A stretch of 64,000 nucleotides of DNA from Eledone cirrhosa (lineage: Eukaryota): assembly GCA_964016885.1 (NCBI GenBank), contig OZ024741.1, forward strand, positions 335,544,001 to 335,608,000. Reading direction: 5' to 3'. The number at the start of each line of letters is the position of its first letter. The first letter of the stretch is position 1. The translations under genes and the position numbers were made by a program. Positions 12,401-25,380 of the stretch are shown here, one piece after another. The notes under the pieces are model-generated. The model ran no database searches, was not told where the DNA came from, and saw only the letters and a list, made by a program, of their open reading frames with translations.

Positions 12401-13075
12401 GTGACCGTTTAGGTCGCCTGCAATAATTATATAGTCACTGTCGGTTATTTGGGAGGTAGTGAGCATCAGTGTCTCATAGAATCTGTCTTTTATAGTGCTG
12501 GGCAGTCCGGATTGGGGTGCGTACGCGGATATTACTGTCACCGTGGTTCTATTGAGGACAAGTCTTATTTTAATTATTCTGCTACCATGATTCCTACCCC
12601 ACCCAGCCCATTGTCATTTCCCACCCAGAAAAGCTTATAGCATCGTTTTCTACCCACAATGAATCTAGCAGATCCACCCCTCCACCTGGTCTCTTGAATA
12701 CAACAAACATCGACCTCCTTACGTTCAAGCATTTCTACAACCTCGTTAGAGCGACCCTTTAAGGTGCCTACATTCAAAGTACCAAATCTGAAGTTTTGGA
12801 TTGCGTTTGGGGGGGTGGGAAAGGTGGGGAGAGGGGGGAGATGGGGTTGTGTTAGCCATCCGCGGCCGAAACAAAGAGGCATGTTCGCATTCTCGTCCAC
12901 GAGGTGTGTTTGTCTTTAACTTTGGCATTGTCGCTGAGCGTCCAGATTTTTCTCTCTCTTCAACTCTCCGGAATAAAATCCCTTTTACATATCTCTATAC
13001 TCACTCTGCATCTCCCCACGCATCGAGTACTCCCATGATTAGTTGTCTCACCGGTCTCAGCACCACAGACTCTCT
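9410..13075 (-). mobile_element. Near full-length RTE-clade LINE: APE endonuclease, RT, 3' UTR and (GAT)n tail
   Basis: APE motifs TLNVGTL, CIQETRW, SAYAPQ, AGDLNGHVG, VDYIL, SQHRL. RT motifs NYRGIKL, QFGF, FVDLEKAFD, VHQGSVLSP, LLYADD, FRYLG. The 3' end reads GGACGTTAAAC(GAT)n. Both ends abut (TA)n tracts. Confidence 0.97.
9803..12900 (-). pseudogene. Disrupted RTE EN-RT polyprotein ORF
   Basis: Frameshifting deletion at ~12578 (VAE / RIIKIRL), in-frame TGA at 12050-12052 (RRKI*KLKDP) and TAG at 9953-9955 (RAI*IDG). The same frame continues GRPRKTWDELI...EKTRLT to TAA at 9803-9805. Confidence 0.9.
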
Positions 13076-13728
13076 CTCTATATATATATAGAGAGAGAGG
13101 CTTTATTACTCCAGAGTAGCCATACTCACTATTTAGCCTTAATAAAATGAATATTTAAACTCTACTTTGGTATTGAGTACTCATTTCTCCCAGCCATCAA
13201 CTACATCTGGATATATACATTCTTTGTTAAGTTAATAGTTTTACAGAATTAATCCAGTTTCCATTCCCCAGGTCTCTGAACAGGATTAAGTCTGTAAAAT
13301 TATTAACTAAATAAAGAACATATATAAAGAGAGTGAGAGTGAGAGAGAGGTAAGTAAGTAAAGAATATAACACTACTTTGTGAAGTGTTGAACTCAATGC
13401 CTATTCCTCCCTCTCCCTCTTTCTTCCTCTAACTCTCTCCCTCTCTCTCTCTATATATATATATATATACACACACACATGCACACACACCAATGCACAC
13501 ATATATTGCATTAAAGCATCCATTCACAAAAGCTCATGCACACACACTTTCATTGTAGTTTTCTTATTACCCACAGATTAAAAAGATAAAATAAAGTTAT
13601 TTCTTTTTATAGTTTCTTTGCTTGACATATATTCCGATTTTACCTTTCTCTCTCTCTCCTTTCTCCGCCTTTCGCCAACTTCCTTAATCTTGTTAATATA
13701 TAGTCTTAGACAAAGTGCCTTGCAGTAG

Positions 13729-13967
13729 TTAACTCTTTCATGACTGCAGTTCTAATGAAATATACACTATTTTAATTAATTAATGAAGTATTTTGAGAGA
13801 TTTATTAACATAATTAATTATTTCATTATTAAGATAGTAAGTTAATGTAAGGTTCTTATATAAAATTATGTTGGAAGGTTTTAATTAAAATTAGAAACCT
13901 TGAAGATGGGTGGTTTTGTTTCATAGAACAAGAGTCGGTTTTGGCCGAGTTGGTAACAAAGTGTTAA
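13729..13967. mobile_element. TTAA-flanked (piggyBac-type) MITE, family B
   Basis: TTAACTCTTTC...GGTAACAAAGTGTTAA ends. Internal sequence matches the element at 37033-37527. Confidence 0.65.
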
Positions 13968-13994
13968 TCCTGTTGATACCAATCTTCTAGTGCT

Positions 13995-14170
13995 TGGCAG
14001 TATTGGTAGAGGGTTGGACGCCATGCTTTGCAAGATAGTTACGGCCCTTTATGGTCTGAGTTCAAATCCCGCCGAGGTTAACTTTGCCTTTCATCCTTTC
14101 ATAAAATAAAGTACCAGTAATGTACTGTGATAATTGCTGGCCTTGTGCCAAAAATAGAAACAATTATTCA
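13995..14170 (+). mobile_element. Short-tailed SINE; an inverted copy lies at ~14395-14610
   Basis: TGGCAGTATTGG...GAGTTCAAATCCCGCCGAGGTTAACTTTGCCTTTCATCC...GAAACAATTATT. Confidence 0.85.
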
Positions 14171-15109
14171 TAAGCATTAATAGCCTGAAGTCTAGTGTCC
14201 TTGCAGGGTCAAGGGGCCCCTAGATGAAAGATTGAAGGGCCAAGAGGGGGGGGGGGCGACAACATACCAGGATGCTTAGGAGAGCAACCTTCGTTTCATA
14301 GTCCTGTTTTTTTCTTTTATGTGTTTATATTTATCTAAAACACCTTCCATCATAATTTCATGTAAGATCTCTATGTTCTAAGCATTAACTTAATAATGGT
14401 TTCTGATTTAGGAACCAAGCCAACAATTTCAGGAGAGGAATAAGTCAATTAAATTGATCCCAGTGTGTTACGGGTACTTTTATTGAACCCATAAGGATGA
14501 AAGGCAAAGCTAAGCTCGATATGATTTGAACTCAGAATGTAAAGGGCCATAACTCTTTGCCACAAAGTATGTTGTCCGATGCTTTACCGATTTTGCCAAT
14601 CCACTGCCCTTTAGCTTAATAATGGGTAAGTTATAAATATGCATGTCAGTAACTGGGAGTCAATCATATCATTGTATCATGATGAGTCATCATCATCATA
14701 CTCATCATCAAACTCATTATCATTGTGGTCATCATGATCATGGTCAACATTATCATCATCATTGTCATCATTATCATCATGATCATCATCAATATCAGAG
14801 TATGTCTGCTTTTCCATGTTGGTAGGGTTGGATGACATTTTTGTGAGTAGTGTTTTAGGGTTTCAGGCTAGATTCTTTTCCTGACCTGAACCCATTTAGT
14901 TGCCTCTAAAACACACAAGTGATACATTGTACCTATTCAGTGCATCACCACCATCATTATCACCATCGTCACTGTTTAACATCTATTGTCTATGATTGCA
15001 TGGGTTATACTGGCTGTCGCATGATGAGGTTGGACAGGTCAGGTGACCACGTTTTAGCTCATACGTTCTGATTTTGGCTTTTTAAAGGTTGGATTTCCTT
15101 CCAGACATC

Positions 15110-15750
15110 AACTGATTTACTGGGAGCTTTTTTGTAGCACCAGCACTACCACCTTACAGAGTGGACTGGGTGTATTTTTGTTTTTTTTTCATGGTACCAA
15201 GGTGCTTTTTGTCATGGCATCAATACTACCACCTTACAGGACCAACTGGATGCTTTTGTCAATGCACCAGCACTACCACCTTATAGGGTGGACTGGATGC
15301 TTTCTGGTATGGCACCAGTATGACCACTTTATGGGGTGTACTGGGTACTTTTTGTTGAGGTATCAGCACTACCACCTTGCAGGGTAGACTGGGTGCTTTC
15401 TGTCATGACACCATTATGACCACCTTACAGGGTTTACTGGGTTTGTGTCATGGCACTATTATGACCACCTTACAGGGTTTACTGGGTTTGTGTCATGGCA
15501 CTATTATGACCACCTTACAGGGTTTACTGGGTTTGTGTCATGGCACTATTATGACCACCTTACAGGGTTTACTGGGTTTGTGTCATGGCACCATTATGAC
15601 CACCTTACTTTTTGTCATTGCATCAGCACTACCACCTTACAGTGTGAACTAGGAGCTTTTTTCATGGCACCTGCCTGACCACCTTACATAGACTAGGTGT
15701 TTTTGTGTGACACCAGCACTATCACTTTACAGAGTGAACTGGATGCTTTA
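15110..15750. repeat. ~45-bp minisatellite with a homogeneous core (~15400-15610)
   Basis: Unit TGTCATGGCACTATTATGACCACCTTACAGGGTTTACTGGGTTTG occurs about 4 times nearly exactly, flanked by degenerate units. Confidence 0.9.
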
Positions 15751-16475
15751 TGTGTTTGTTAAAAATCAATATATTGTTTTTTATACCATCTAGGTTATAT
15801 GTATTCTTAATGTATCAACAATTATATTTTGTTATCTATCTCCATATTTACATACTGTGTTTTTTTATTGTTATTTTATTGTTTGTTTATAGTCAATGTT
15901 TTGTATTTTTTTTATATACTATGAAGTTGTTTATTTTATTTCAATCTTAATTGCATATATTTTTATGTTTATATCCTTTATTAGATTAGTAATACTTCCC
16001 TTGTCTCAGTTAAACCAATACATATAGTTTCTTGATGGTGATGGTGGTGGTAGTAAACTAAATCCAATATATTGTAGATCTCAGTAGTAGTAGTGGTGGG
16101 TGGTAGTGGTTGTGGTAGTAGTAGTGGTAATTAAACACTAGTAGCAGTAGTGGGTGATAGTGGTGGTGGTAGTAGTATTGTTAGTAGTAGTGGTGCTGGT
16201 GGTTGTGGTAGTTGTAGTATTAGTAGTAGTGATGGTAAAATACAATGTCGTAGTTCTTAGTAGCATTAGTGGTGGTAATGTGAATATCTGAGGGAGATTA
16301 TAGCTGATGAAAATGAACTTTTCTTAAATTTGGTAAAAAATAGTGTTATAAATTCTCTTTCAGCCACAAAATAATACTTGCATACACACCCTCTCTCTCT
16401 ATGTCTGAGTTTTGCTCTCCGTCGCTCTCTCTCTCTGTCTCTCTCTCTTCTATCACCACCTCTGTCTTTCACCAT

Positions 16476-16558
16476 CATTCTCTTCTTTCTCTGAATGGTT
16501 TCATTCTAACCTACATTCTCTTCTTTCTCTGAATGGTTTCATTCTAACCTACATTCTC
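16476..16558. repeat. 38-bp tandem duplication
   Basis: ATTCTCTTCTTTCTCTGAATGGTTTCATTCTAACCTAC occurs twice. Confidence 0.9.
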
Positions 16559-17559
16559 TGAATCAACCTCTTCCTTCCTCTTCTGATGTTATCCAATAAA
16601 ATTTCAAGAGATAACTACTTCATATTTAGTTCAATATTGTAGCTAGAGGTTGTGCCCTTTAGTAGTTTGATCTCTCTTCCTCTCTGTTCTTAAAGTGCTA
16701 CTCCACCAAGTGTGGCCCAGGGTGGTTCAAACTCATGCTCCACTCTAGATATAGACTAAGTTAATTATGTTACTCCACTCATGACATTTAATATGCTATG
16801 TATAACTTCCCTGATGCTTTCATGTTTACTTGTGTAAAATATTGTACATCTACTTCGTCATTCTTTCACCTATGCTTTGGCAAATACAATGAAGTTTATT
16901 TTGCTGAAGAGATATAGGAAGGAAAGAAATTGATTGACAAGATCCGAGACCTCATTCCTTTATAGAGTTGGGGTGGAACTTGTTAGATCAGACCTAGGAA
17001 AGAATGTTTCCCTTTGTCTTTCCATTGCTGATACTATCTACCGGTTGCAACTCCTGGCAGAAAGGGCAACAGGATATAAAGTGTCTTGTTCAAGGACATC
17101 ACATATCACCCGGTCAGGGAATTGAACTCACAACCTCATTATTGTGAATCTAATTCTTTAACCACTAAGTCATGTGACTGGAATGAAACATGCCTGAAAT
17201 TGTCTTCTGTATTTGCTGACATGATTAAAATATTAGTTTTGAGCCGAAGATCCTTTTTAGGTTGGAAGACCACATAAAAATTTAACGACATCCTTTGAGG
17301 CAGCATTTTACATGAAATATTCTTTCACTAAACCTTAGTTATTAGAAATATTGATTGCTAGCAAGGAAAGTAGATGTTAAATGATAATAAGTATTTTTTG
17401 TTCTGTCATATTTAGTTGAAATGATAGACATTATACAAAATGAAATAAGCAAAAGTATACTTCAATATGAAGTTTGTCTTTGAATGTTGAGTTCCATTCA
17501 GAAGGCCACAGCTAGACTTTCAGAAGGCCTCTCCTAGTCTTTCAGATGGTTAAGCAACC

Positions 17560-17774
17560 TTAACCCTTTAGCATTTAAACTGGCCATACCGGCCAGAATT
17601 CTCTCACCTCCTTCTGTTCAAAACAGCCATAACTGGTCACTCATGTTTATGTTAAGGTGTTGTTCTCAAAATAAATAATATCAAAATCTCGTAGATTCAA
17701 TATTATGTAAGATAAAGTATTAACCATGAAAATACAATAGTATATATAGAGCAATGTAAATGCTAAAGGGTTAA
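17560..17774. mobile_element. TTAA-flanked (piggyBac-type) MITE, family A
   Basis: Ends TTAACCCTTTAGCATTTA and TAAATGCTAAAGGGTTAA are reverse complements. A second copy lies at 22605-22820 in the opposite orientation. Confidence 0.88.
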
Positions 17775-17844
17775 GTTAAAGTTGACTTGTTTTTTAACTG
17801 TATAAGTTTTTTATTCCTCTTGGGCAGATTTATTAATTTTCAAT

Positions 17845-18330
17845 TACTGTATATACTAATGTAAAAGTCAAATTTTTTAGACCATTTTTGTAAGGTTAAA
17901 TTTATGGGGTCAACTATTACATAGATACTATTTTTGAGAGGCTTGAAATTCAAGCTAGAATCCAAAATACTGTATCAGTAACAGAAGCTCAACTGATCTT
18001 TAAATGGTGTTTAACTATAAGTACTGAGCATTCCACTATAAGCACAAAGCATTCCAGCTATAGGGTAGGCTACATAAGGTAGGCACATGTTTGGGTAAAT
18101 GTTTAGTTTCAGATATTTATTTGAAATGATATAAATTTGCTGAAATTTATGACAATTTTGTGTTATTTCTCAGTACAGGATGATACCTTGACTCACAAAT
18201 GTTAACCTGTTATCTGTGAAATACTAAGGTTGACTTTTATATCAGGTCTATGAAAAATTCCAGATTTTTTAGCCAAAAATATGGGGTTGACTTTTATATG
18301 AAATTGACTATTATTTGAGTATATATGGTA
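17845..18330. mobile_element. Degenerate TA-flanked Tc1/mariner-pogo-like non-autonomous element
   Basis: TACTGTATATACT...AGTATATATGGTA imperfect inverted ends, with internal GTTGACTTTTATAT repeats. A related remnant lies at ~27490-28005. Confidence 0.55.
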
Positions 18331-19033
18331 TTAACTGGTTATGTTAAATTTTAGTTGAGTTTATCAGTTTTGTAAAATAACTTCATTATTTTATTCTTTA
18401 TTATAAAATAATTGTTTCCACTTTTGGCACAAGGCCAGAAATTATCCCAGTGCATTACTGGTGTTTTATTTTATCAACCCTGTAAGGATGAAAGGCAAAG
18501 TTAACCTCAGTGGGATTTGAACTCAGATCGTAAAGATCTGTAACTATATGCTGCAAAGCATGGCATCAAACCCTCTACCGATTCTGCCAATCTACCACAG
18601 AGGGGTTATATGAGTTGATTTTAGATCATAACTACCATATATATATATATAAATATATAAATTATTAAATATATAAATAAATAAATGCCATTGTTAATTA
18701 ATAAATAAATCAACTAATACCTTAACACTTCACGCAAAGTAAAATATTTCGTTTTAATCATTTTCTAACCCAGAAAAAAAGAGAGAAATAAATAAAAAGG
18801 AAAAAGAAAATATTTTTCTTCCTAATAATCGTCTTTTTCTCTCTGTTTTCATATGTGTGTGTGTGTGTGTGTGCGTGTGCTTGTGAGCATGTGTGCATGT
18901 GTGCATGTGTGTGTGTGTGTGTCACACCAGTAAATGTAACATTTATTTTGAATTAAAGTTTTACAGGTCCTGCAGATAAGTTTAATGCTGGTTTTTCATT
19001 TTGTATTTTTATGGAAAAAAAATACAACTTATG

Positions 19034-19366
19034 CACGAGTGCATACAGTAACTTAAACATGAGTACATACAGTATCTTACACATGAGTACATACAGTAAC
19101 TTATACATGAGTACATACAGTGACTTAAACATGAGTACATACAGTGACTTAAACATGAGTACATACAGTGACTTATACATGAGTACATACAGTGACTTAA
19201 ACATGAGTACATACAGTGACTTATACATGAGTACATACAGTGACTTAAACATGAGTACATACAGTATCTTACACATGAGTACATAGAGGGACTTAAACAT
19301 GAGTACATACAGTATCTTATACATGAGTACATACAGTATCTTATACATGAGTACATACAGTGATTT
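19034..19366. repeat. 24-bp minisatellite, about 14 units
   Basis: Unit CATGAGTACATACAGTGACTTAAA with variants; source of the MSTYSDLN / MYSCLSHC ORFs. Confidence 0.95.
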
Positions 19367-20554
19367 ATATATCATTTGACTGATTTTTAATTATTGTTTA
19401 AATTCTTAAAGTTTCCTCAATAATGCCCCTTTTATGTTACAGTTCTTACTTTTTCGATTGTTCTCATTTCTCATTTTTGATTACCATGGATCTAACCCAA
19501 CCTTTGTTTTACAATGGCTTTGGTTTATATATATATATATATAATTTTTTTTTTTTTCATGAGCCTCTTTGGATATAACTTACATTCTGGGAGGAAGATT
19601 TTTACCAAATACTTATTGGATGGTCATTCTATTATAAATTTAATCTTCACTTTTGCATCTAATACTTGACATTTTTATGAGCAAGACATAGTATTTATTT
19701 ATCTACATTCTCTCCATACATCGATTCCTTATTACTTTATCTCTAGTTTATTTTCTTATATTTTCTTATGGTTGAAGAACATCAAATCTTTCAATGTCCC
19801 AACCGCCATCACACATCCCCATCTCTCCCACGCTCTCTCTACCTATATTTTATTGGCTGTATTAAGAAGGAACATGCTCATATTTTTTCTAGTCCCAAAG
19901 AGGGAACTTAGATTCTGTGATGCAGAATTTATAATGTGAAAAATGTAGGCTTGCAAGGGAAGTTTATCTAAGTCTAGCAGACCAATGCCATGAATAATGA
20001 TTGCAATAGCATTGAACATATTTAATTTTTGGAGTTCCATATATACTAAGATGATTGGATATATGAACATCCATGCAAACTAGGAAATTTGCAAATTTTG
20101 ATAAATCTGTGGTTTGCATAAAAGAAACCTTATAGTTTATGTTGATTATTGACACATAGAAGTGATTAAAGATAAACATATTTTACTAATTGATTTCCAG
20201 GATATAATTACATAAATGGAATTTAATATATGAATAACTTTGGAGAAAAATAAAAAAAACTATTCACAGAGATAAATGTAGGGTTGGAAAGTGAACTTCT
20301 TATTGTAGCAACATGACTGAGATAGGAAACGTATGCACGTGTGTATGTTTATGTGTGTAGATAAAAAAATTAAAGGAATGGAAAAGTCAATGTAAAAATG
20401 ATATATATACTTAAACTTAAACATACAAACTTAAACCTACAGTCAGTAGGTACCTCTTAACCCAATATACAACCCACCCTACACCCTCTACTCCATCCAC
20501 TCACTTCTGCCCACACCACCCTTTCTCTGTAAAGCTATGTTAGTACCAGAGAAT

Positions 20555-20985
20555 ACCCAGTCCATACTGTAAAGTAGTCGTGTAGGTGTCATGACAAAAA
20601 GCACCCAGTCCACACTGTAGATATGGTTGGCATTAGGAAGGGCATCCAGCCATAGAAAACCAGCCAGATACAGTTCTAAACGAGTGAGACATGGTCACCA
20701 GACCAATCTTGCCTCAAGTCTCACAAAACCGTCTAACCCATGCTAGCCTGGAAGAGGGACGTTAAATGATGACGATGATGATATATATATATATAATCTA
20801 ACACATGTAAGCATGGAAAATAGATGATAAATGATGATGATGATGATAGTGATAATGATGATAGCGATGATGATGATAGCGATGATGATGATGGCGATGA
20901 TGATGATGGTGGTGGTGGTGGTGGTGGTGATAGTGATGATGATGATGATGATGGTAGTGGTGGTGGTATTGATGATGATGATGAG
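20555..20985 (+). mobile_element. RTE-type 3' tail, a second tail remnant and an expanded (GAT)n/(GGT)n tract
   Basis: GGTTGGCATTAGGAAGGGCATCCAGCC...AACCCATGCTAGC...GGACGTTAAATGATGAC matches the LINE 3' UTR at 9410-9570. Confidence 0.8.
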
Positions 20986-22604
20986 GATGAAACTTGAGAT
21001 GAGTAACTGGAACTTGATTTCAGCTTTATTCTCTTGGGGGTCCAGCAAAGTTAAACATATTTTCCATCTACAGATTTTTATGAAATAAGAGTAAATGAAG
21101 TAATAAATATAAAAAAGGTAAAAACTAAAATAATCTTTATACATAAAAAAATGGTTTATTTGTCCTTCAGATCTTTGATGATAATGTCTTTCTCTTGACT
21201 TACATCTGCGTTATTTCTGATATATATATATATATATTATGTATATTATGTATGTATGTAAGTATGGATCTTTAGATCCTTAGATCCCAGTGGAGTTGTA
21301 GGGGACATATATAACATGTCTTAGGCATTTTTAAAACATGGTGAACTACATACACTTCTCCATCTACAGGTCTGAACAGGAAATGAGAGAGAGAGAGAAA
21401 AGAAGAAGAATTAACACTAGTACTGGGTCCTGTCCCCAGGTCTGAACACAGCTGATTTCTTCCAGAGAACAGAGGGAGAGGAAGAGGAAGAGGAAGAGAG
21501 ACAGAGAGAGAGAGGAAGAATTGACCCTAGTACTGGATCCCACCTTCAGATCTGAACAGAGCTGATTTCTTCCAGTGAAGGAGAGATAAAAGGTGTGTGT
21601 GTGTGTGAGAGAGAGAGTGTGTGTTATAGAGGAAGAACTGACCCTAGTACTGCATCCAAACCCCAGGTCTGAACAGAGTTGATTTCTTTCAGTGAAGGGG
21701 CAAGAGGGAGAGAGAGAAAGTGAGAAAGAGATTACGGAGGAAGGAGAATTGACCCCAGTACTTGACTGGTACTTTATCGAGGGCCCCTAAAGGATAAAAG
21801 GCAAAGTTGACCGTGACAGGTTTCAAAATCAGATCACACACAGAGCTGGAAGGAATAGTACAATGCATTCTATTCAATGTTCTAATGACTTCTCATATTT
21901 ATTTTCTCTATATAATTGTTTCTACTTTTGGCACAAGGCCAGCAATTATCTCAGTATATTACTGGTACTTTATTTTATCGACCCCATAAGGATGAAAGGC
22001 AAAGTTAACCTCAGCGGGATTTGAACTCTGAACATAAAGGGCCATAACTATTTTCTCTATATAATATTGTTTCTTTGCACCACATCAGATATTTCACATT
22101 AGCTATCTCTTATTCAACTCATTAACTTGCTATAATTCTCTTTACTGCCTAATTTCATATTAGCAAGACACGGTCATATGATCGAACTTAACTCACAATG
22201 GATAAGCTGACAATGGGTCAGCTTGTCTAACATAGCATAGAAAAATGGATGTTAAACCTTAATGATGATGATGATGTGTGTCTCTGCTGCCTAACATTAT
22301 ATATTTATCTCGTTACTACCCAACAACATATATTTTTCTTTATTTACTGCCCAACAACATATATTTGTGTCTCTTTACCACCCATTGTTTCTCTTTACTA
22401 CCCAATGTTATATATTTGCTCTCTTTACTGTTCAATATTATATAAGGGTGGGGGATTGGCAAAATCGGTAGAGCATCAGGCACCATGCTTTGCAGCATAG
22501 TTACAGCTCTTTACGTTCTGAGTTCAAATCCCACCGAGGTTAGCTTTGCCTTTCATCCTTACGGAGTTGATAAAATAAAGCACCAGTGAATCATTGGGGT
22601 CCAT

Positions 22605-22820
22605 TTAACCCTTTAGCATTTACATTACTCTATATATACTATTATATTTTCATGGCAGAAGCTTTATCTCACATAATTTGGAATCTATGAGATTTTGATA
22701 TTATTTATTTTGAGAACAATACCTTAACATTAGTGTAAGTGGCTGGTTATGGCCGGTTTGAACAGACAAAGATGAGAGAATTCTGATCGGATACAGCCAG
22801 TTTAAATGCTAAAAGGTTAG
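22605..22820. mobile_element. piggyBac-type MITE (family A) nested in a SINE (22447-22875)
   Basis: TTAACCCTTTAGCATTTA...TAAATGCTAAAAGGTTAG interrupts the SINE between GGGGTCCAT and TTGACTTTCCCC. Confidence 0.85.
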
Positions 22821-23259
22821 TTGACTTTCCCCCTCCCCCAAATTGGTGGCCTTGTGCCTATAGTAGAAATCATTATATATCTGTATTGACAGTATTGGTA
22901 GAGGGTCAGACGCCATGCTTTGACACATAGAGTTACGGCCCTTGCCTTTCATCCTTACGGGGTTGATAAAATAAAGTACCAGTAATACACTGGGTAATTG
23001 CTGGCCTTGTGCCTAACGTAGAAACAATTATATATCTGTCTCTCTTTACTACTTAACAACATATATTTGTGTCTCTTTACTACCCAAGATCATATATTTG
23101 TGTCCCTCTGATGCTCACCTAATACTTATAACTTTGGTAATCTTTCCTATGGTTAACTTTCCAAAACTCTGCAACTCTGCAACACTTGCTTCTTTCATCT
23201 TACATATTTTATTCTTTCTTGCTACTTTATTCTTTTCTTACCAATTTGAACATTATATG

Positions 23260-23318
23260 TCATCTCTGTCTCTGGCTGATTCTCTCTGTTTGTGTCTCTC
23301 TCTCATCACTTCTGCCTG

Positions 23319-23382
<64 letters not shown>

Positions 23383-23397
23383 TCTCTCTCTCTCTCT

Positions 23398-23472
<75 letters not shown>

Positions 23473-23965
23473 ATCATCTCTCTTTTTCTGTCTGTCTATC
23501 ATCTCTCTTTTTCTGTCTGTCTATCTCTCTTTCTTTCTCTCTCTCTGTCTATCTCTCTATCTTTCTATCTGTCTGTCTATCTCTCTCTCTCTTTCTCTCT
23601 GTCTTTCTCTCTGTCTGATTATCTCTCTGATTATCTCTCTCTCATCACATCCCTTTTTCTGTCTGTCTATCTCTCTTTCTCTCTAATGTCTCTGTCACTC
23701 TTTGTCTCTCCCTGTGTATGTATGTGTGCGTCTGTCACTCTCTCTATGTATCACTGTATGTCTGTCGGTGTGTGTATGTCTGTCTCTCTCTCCCTCTGTC
23801 CATGTATGTGTAATGTGTATGTATGTCCATGTGTGTATAGCTATCTGTCTCTCTCCTCCCTGCCCCCCTCTCTCTCTGAGTGTGTGTATGTATGTCTGTC
23901 TGTCTCTGTCCATGTATGTATGTATATGTGTGTGTCTGTGTATGTCCATGTGTGTGTGTATCTGT
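23260..23965. repeat. (CT)n grading into (GT)n low-complexity tract
   Basis: Read directly; source of the SL/RE ORFs. Confidence 0.95.
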
Positions 23966-24621
23966 AAAAGAAATGGTGGCTATAATTGTTTTTATCTTGC
24001 CATAAATCTCTCTCCTTTACTAAAATATCAGCAACAAATTAGGAATAATTTGAAACAACAACAACAAACAAAACAAAAGCAACAGTATCTCCTTGATAAT
24101 CAATTGGTACTGTGCCAAAGATTGGTTATACCCATTTATAGATGATGAATTGATTAGTCAAAGACATTGAGACTTACTTAGTCCACTTTGGGATTACCAA
24201 AGTACCAAGCAGATGTTCAGTCTAGGAGCCAGTCAATTTTTCTAAAAATGATTGATATTACTTATAAAGATTCTATTGGAATATTTTCTATAGAATTAAG
24301 CTAGTTGTGTTAAAAGCTCATTTTGTATTCCATAATTTTAAGTAATTAACGGATTCTATGAAATTGTTAATTTTCAATTATCACTTTCATCGTTTCTTCA
24401 TTTCATGGGGAAAAAAAACCCACTCAACCATCATCACCATCATCACCACCATCATCACCCCCATCACCACCATCATCACCACCACCATCATCATCGTTAT
24501 AACCATCATCATTATCATCATTTAATGTCTGTCTTCACTGATATCAAGAGTTGGATGGGTCTTCATAGACTGAGGGAGTCAGTATGTTAACATACTGACT
24601 CCCTCACATAGGCCAAAGGCC

Positions 24622-24790
24622 TACAAGGGTCGGCTGAAAAGCTCATAAAACAACCAAATGTCTTTCCAGTCCCTGGAAAGAAACAATGCAGTTATGAACA
24701 AGGAGAGTTGTAATTAATGCACACAAGATTTTGCAGCTCTAGTATCAATCCTTCATAGTCAGCCTATTAACTTTTCAACTGACCCTTGTA
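24622..24790. mobile_element. Mariner-type MITE with TA ends
   Basis: TACAAGGGTCGGCTGAAAAGCTCATA / TATTAACTTTTCAACTGACCCTTGTA imperfect terminal inverted repeats. A second copy lies at ~38868-39062. Confidence 0.8.
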
Positions 24791-25057
24791 CATCCTGCTG
24801 ATATACATTCCCATACACTACCAAGTGCTAGATGGGCTGGGGTCCTGCATATTTCTTGAATATAAGTACATTTATATTGTATACAAGAAATATGCAGGAC
24901 CCCAGAAAAATCCTCTCAACTTTCTATTTCATAAGCTTTCTACTACTCAATGCCCTTCCTATGTTTATTGTGTAGGCTACCAATGCAAGGGAGATTGTCA
25001 TGTTTTTGATACTGCTGAAGAGTCTTCCTAACACTTTGTTTGGCAAACTTATATATA

Positions 25058-25380
25058 ATCATCATCATCCGGTGGCCTCAGCCGAAATCGACTCAACAAT
25101 TGATTCCCACGTGGGTCTGTTGTTCATTGCTGTTGCCAAATCCTGGATTTCAATACCAGAATCTCTGGAAATGACATCGGGATAGGAGAGCTTGCGCTCC
25201 CACTTATTAGTAACTGCTTGTGGTTTCCAAAGCACTAATGGGGACACAGCCTCATAGGTGGCACGATGGCAGTGGCCAGCAAATCTTACTCTCCTTTTAC
25301 ATACAACGACAGATATGCATGGGAGGCTGGCATATATCACTCTCAAAGTCAGATGTCGTCAACTTATGTTCTGAATGTGT
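25058..25380 (-). mobile_element. RTE LINE 3' fragment with (TGA)n tail; resembles the 55545-56530 family
   Basis: RRVRFAGHCHRA...LVLWKP...LSYPDVISRDSG...AMNNRPTW, then stop and TGATGATGAT. Confidence 0.85.

Noticed and set aside
23098-24145. SL/RE, YI, CV and HT dipeptide ORFs here and throughout the window
   Set aside because: They are translations of dinucleotide microsatellites.
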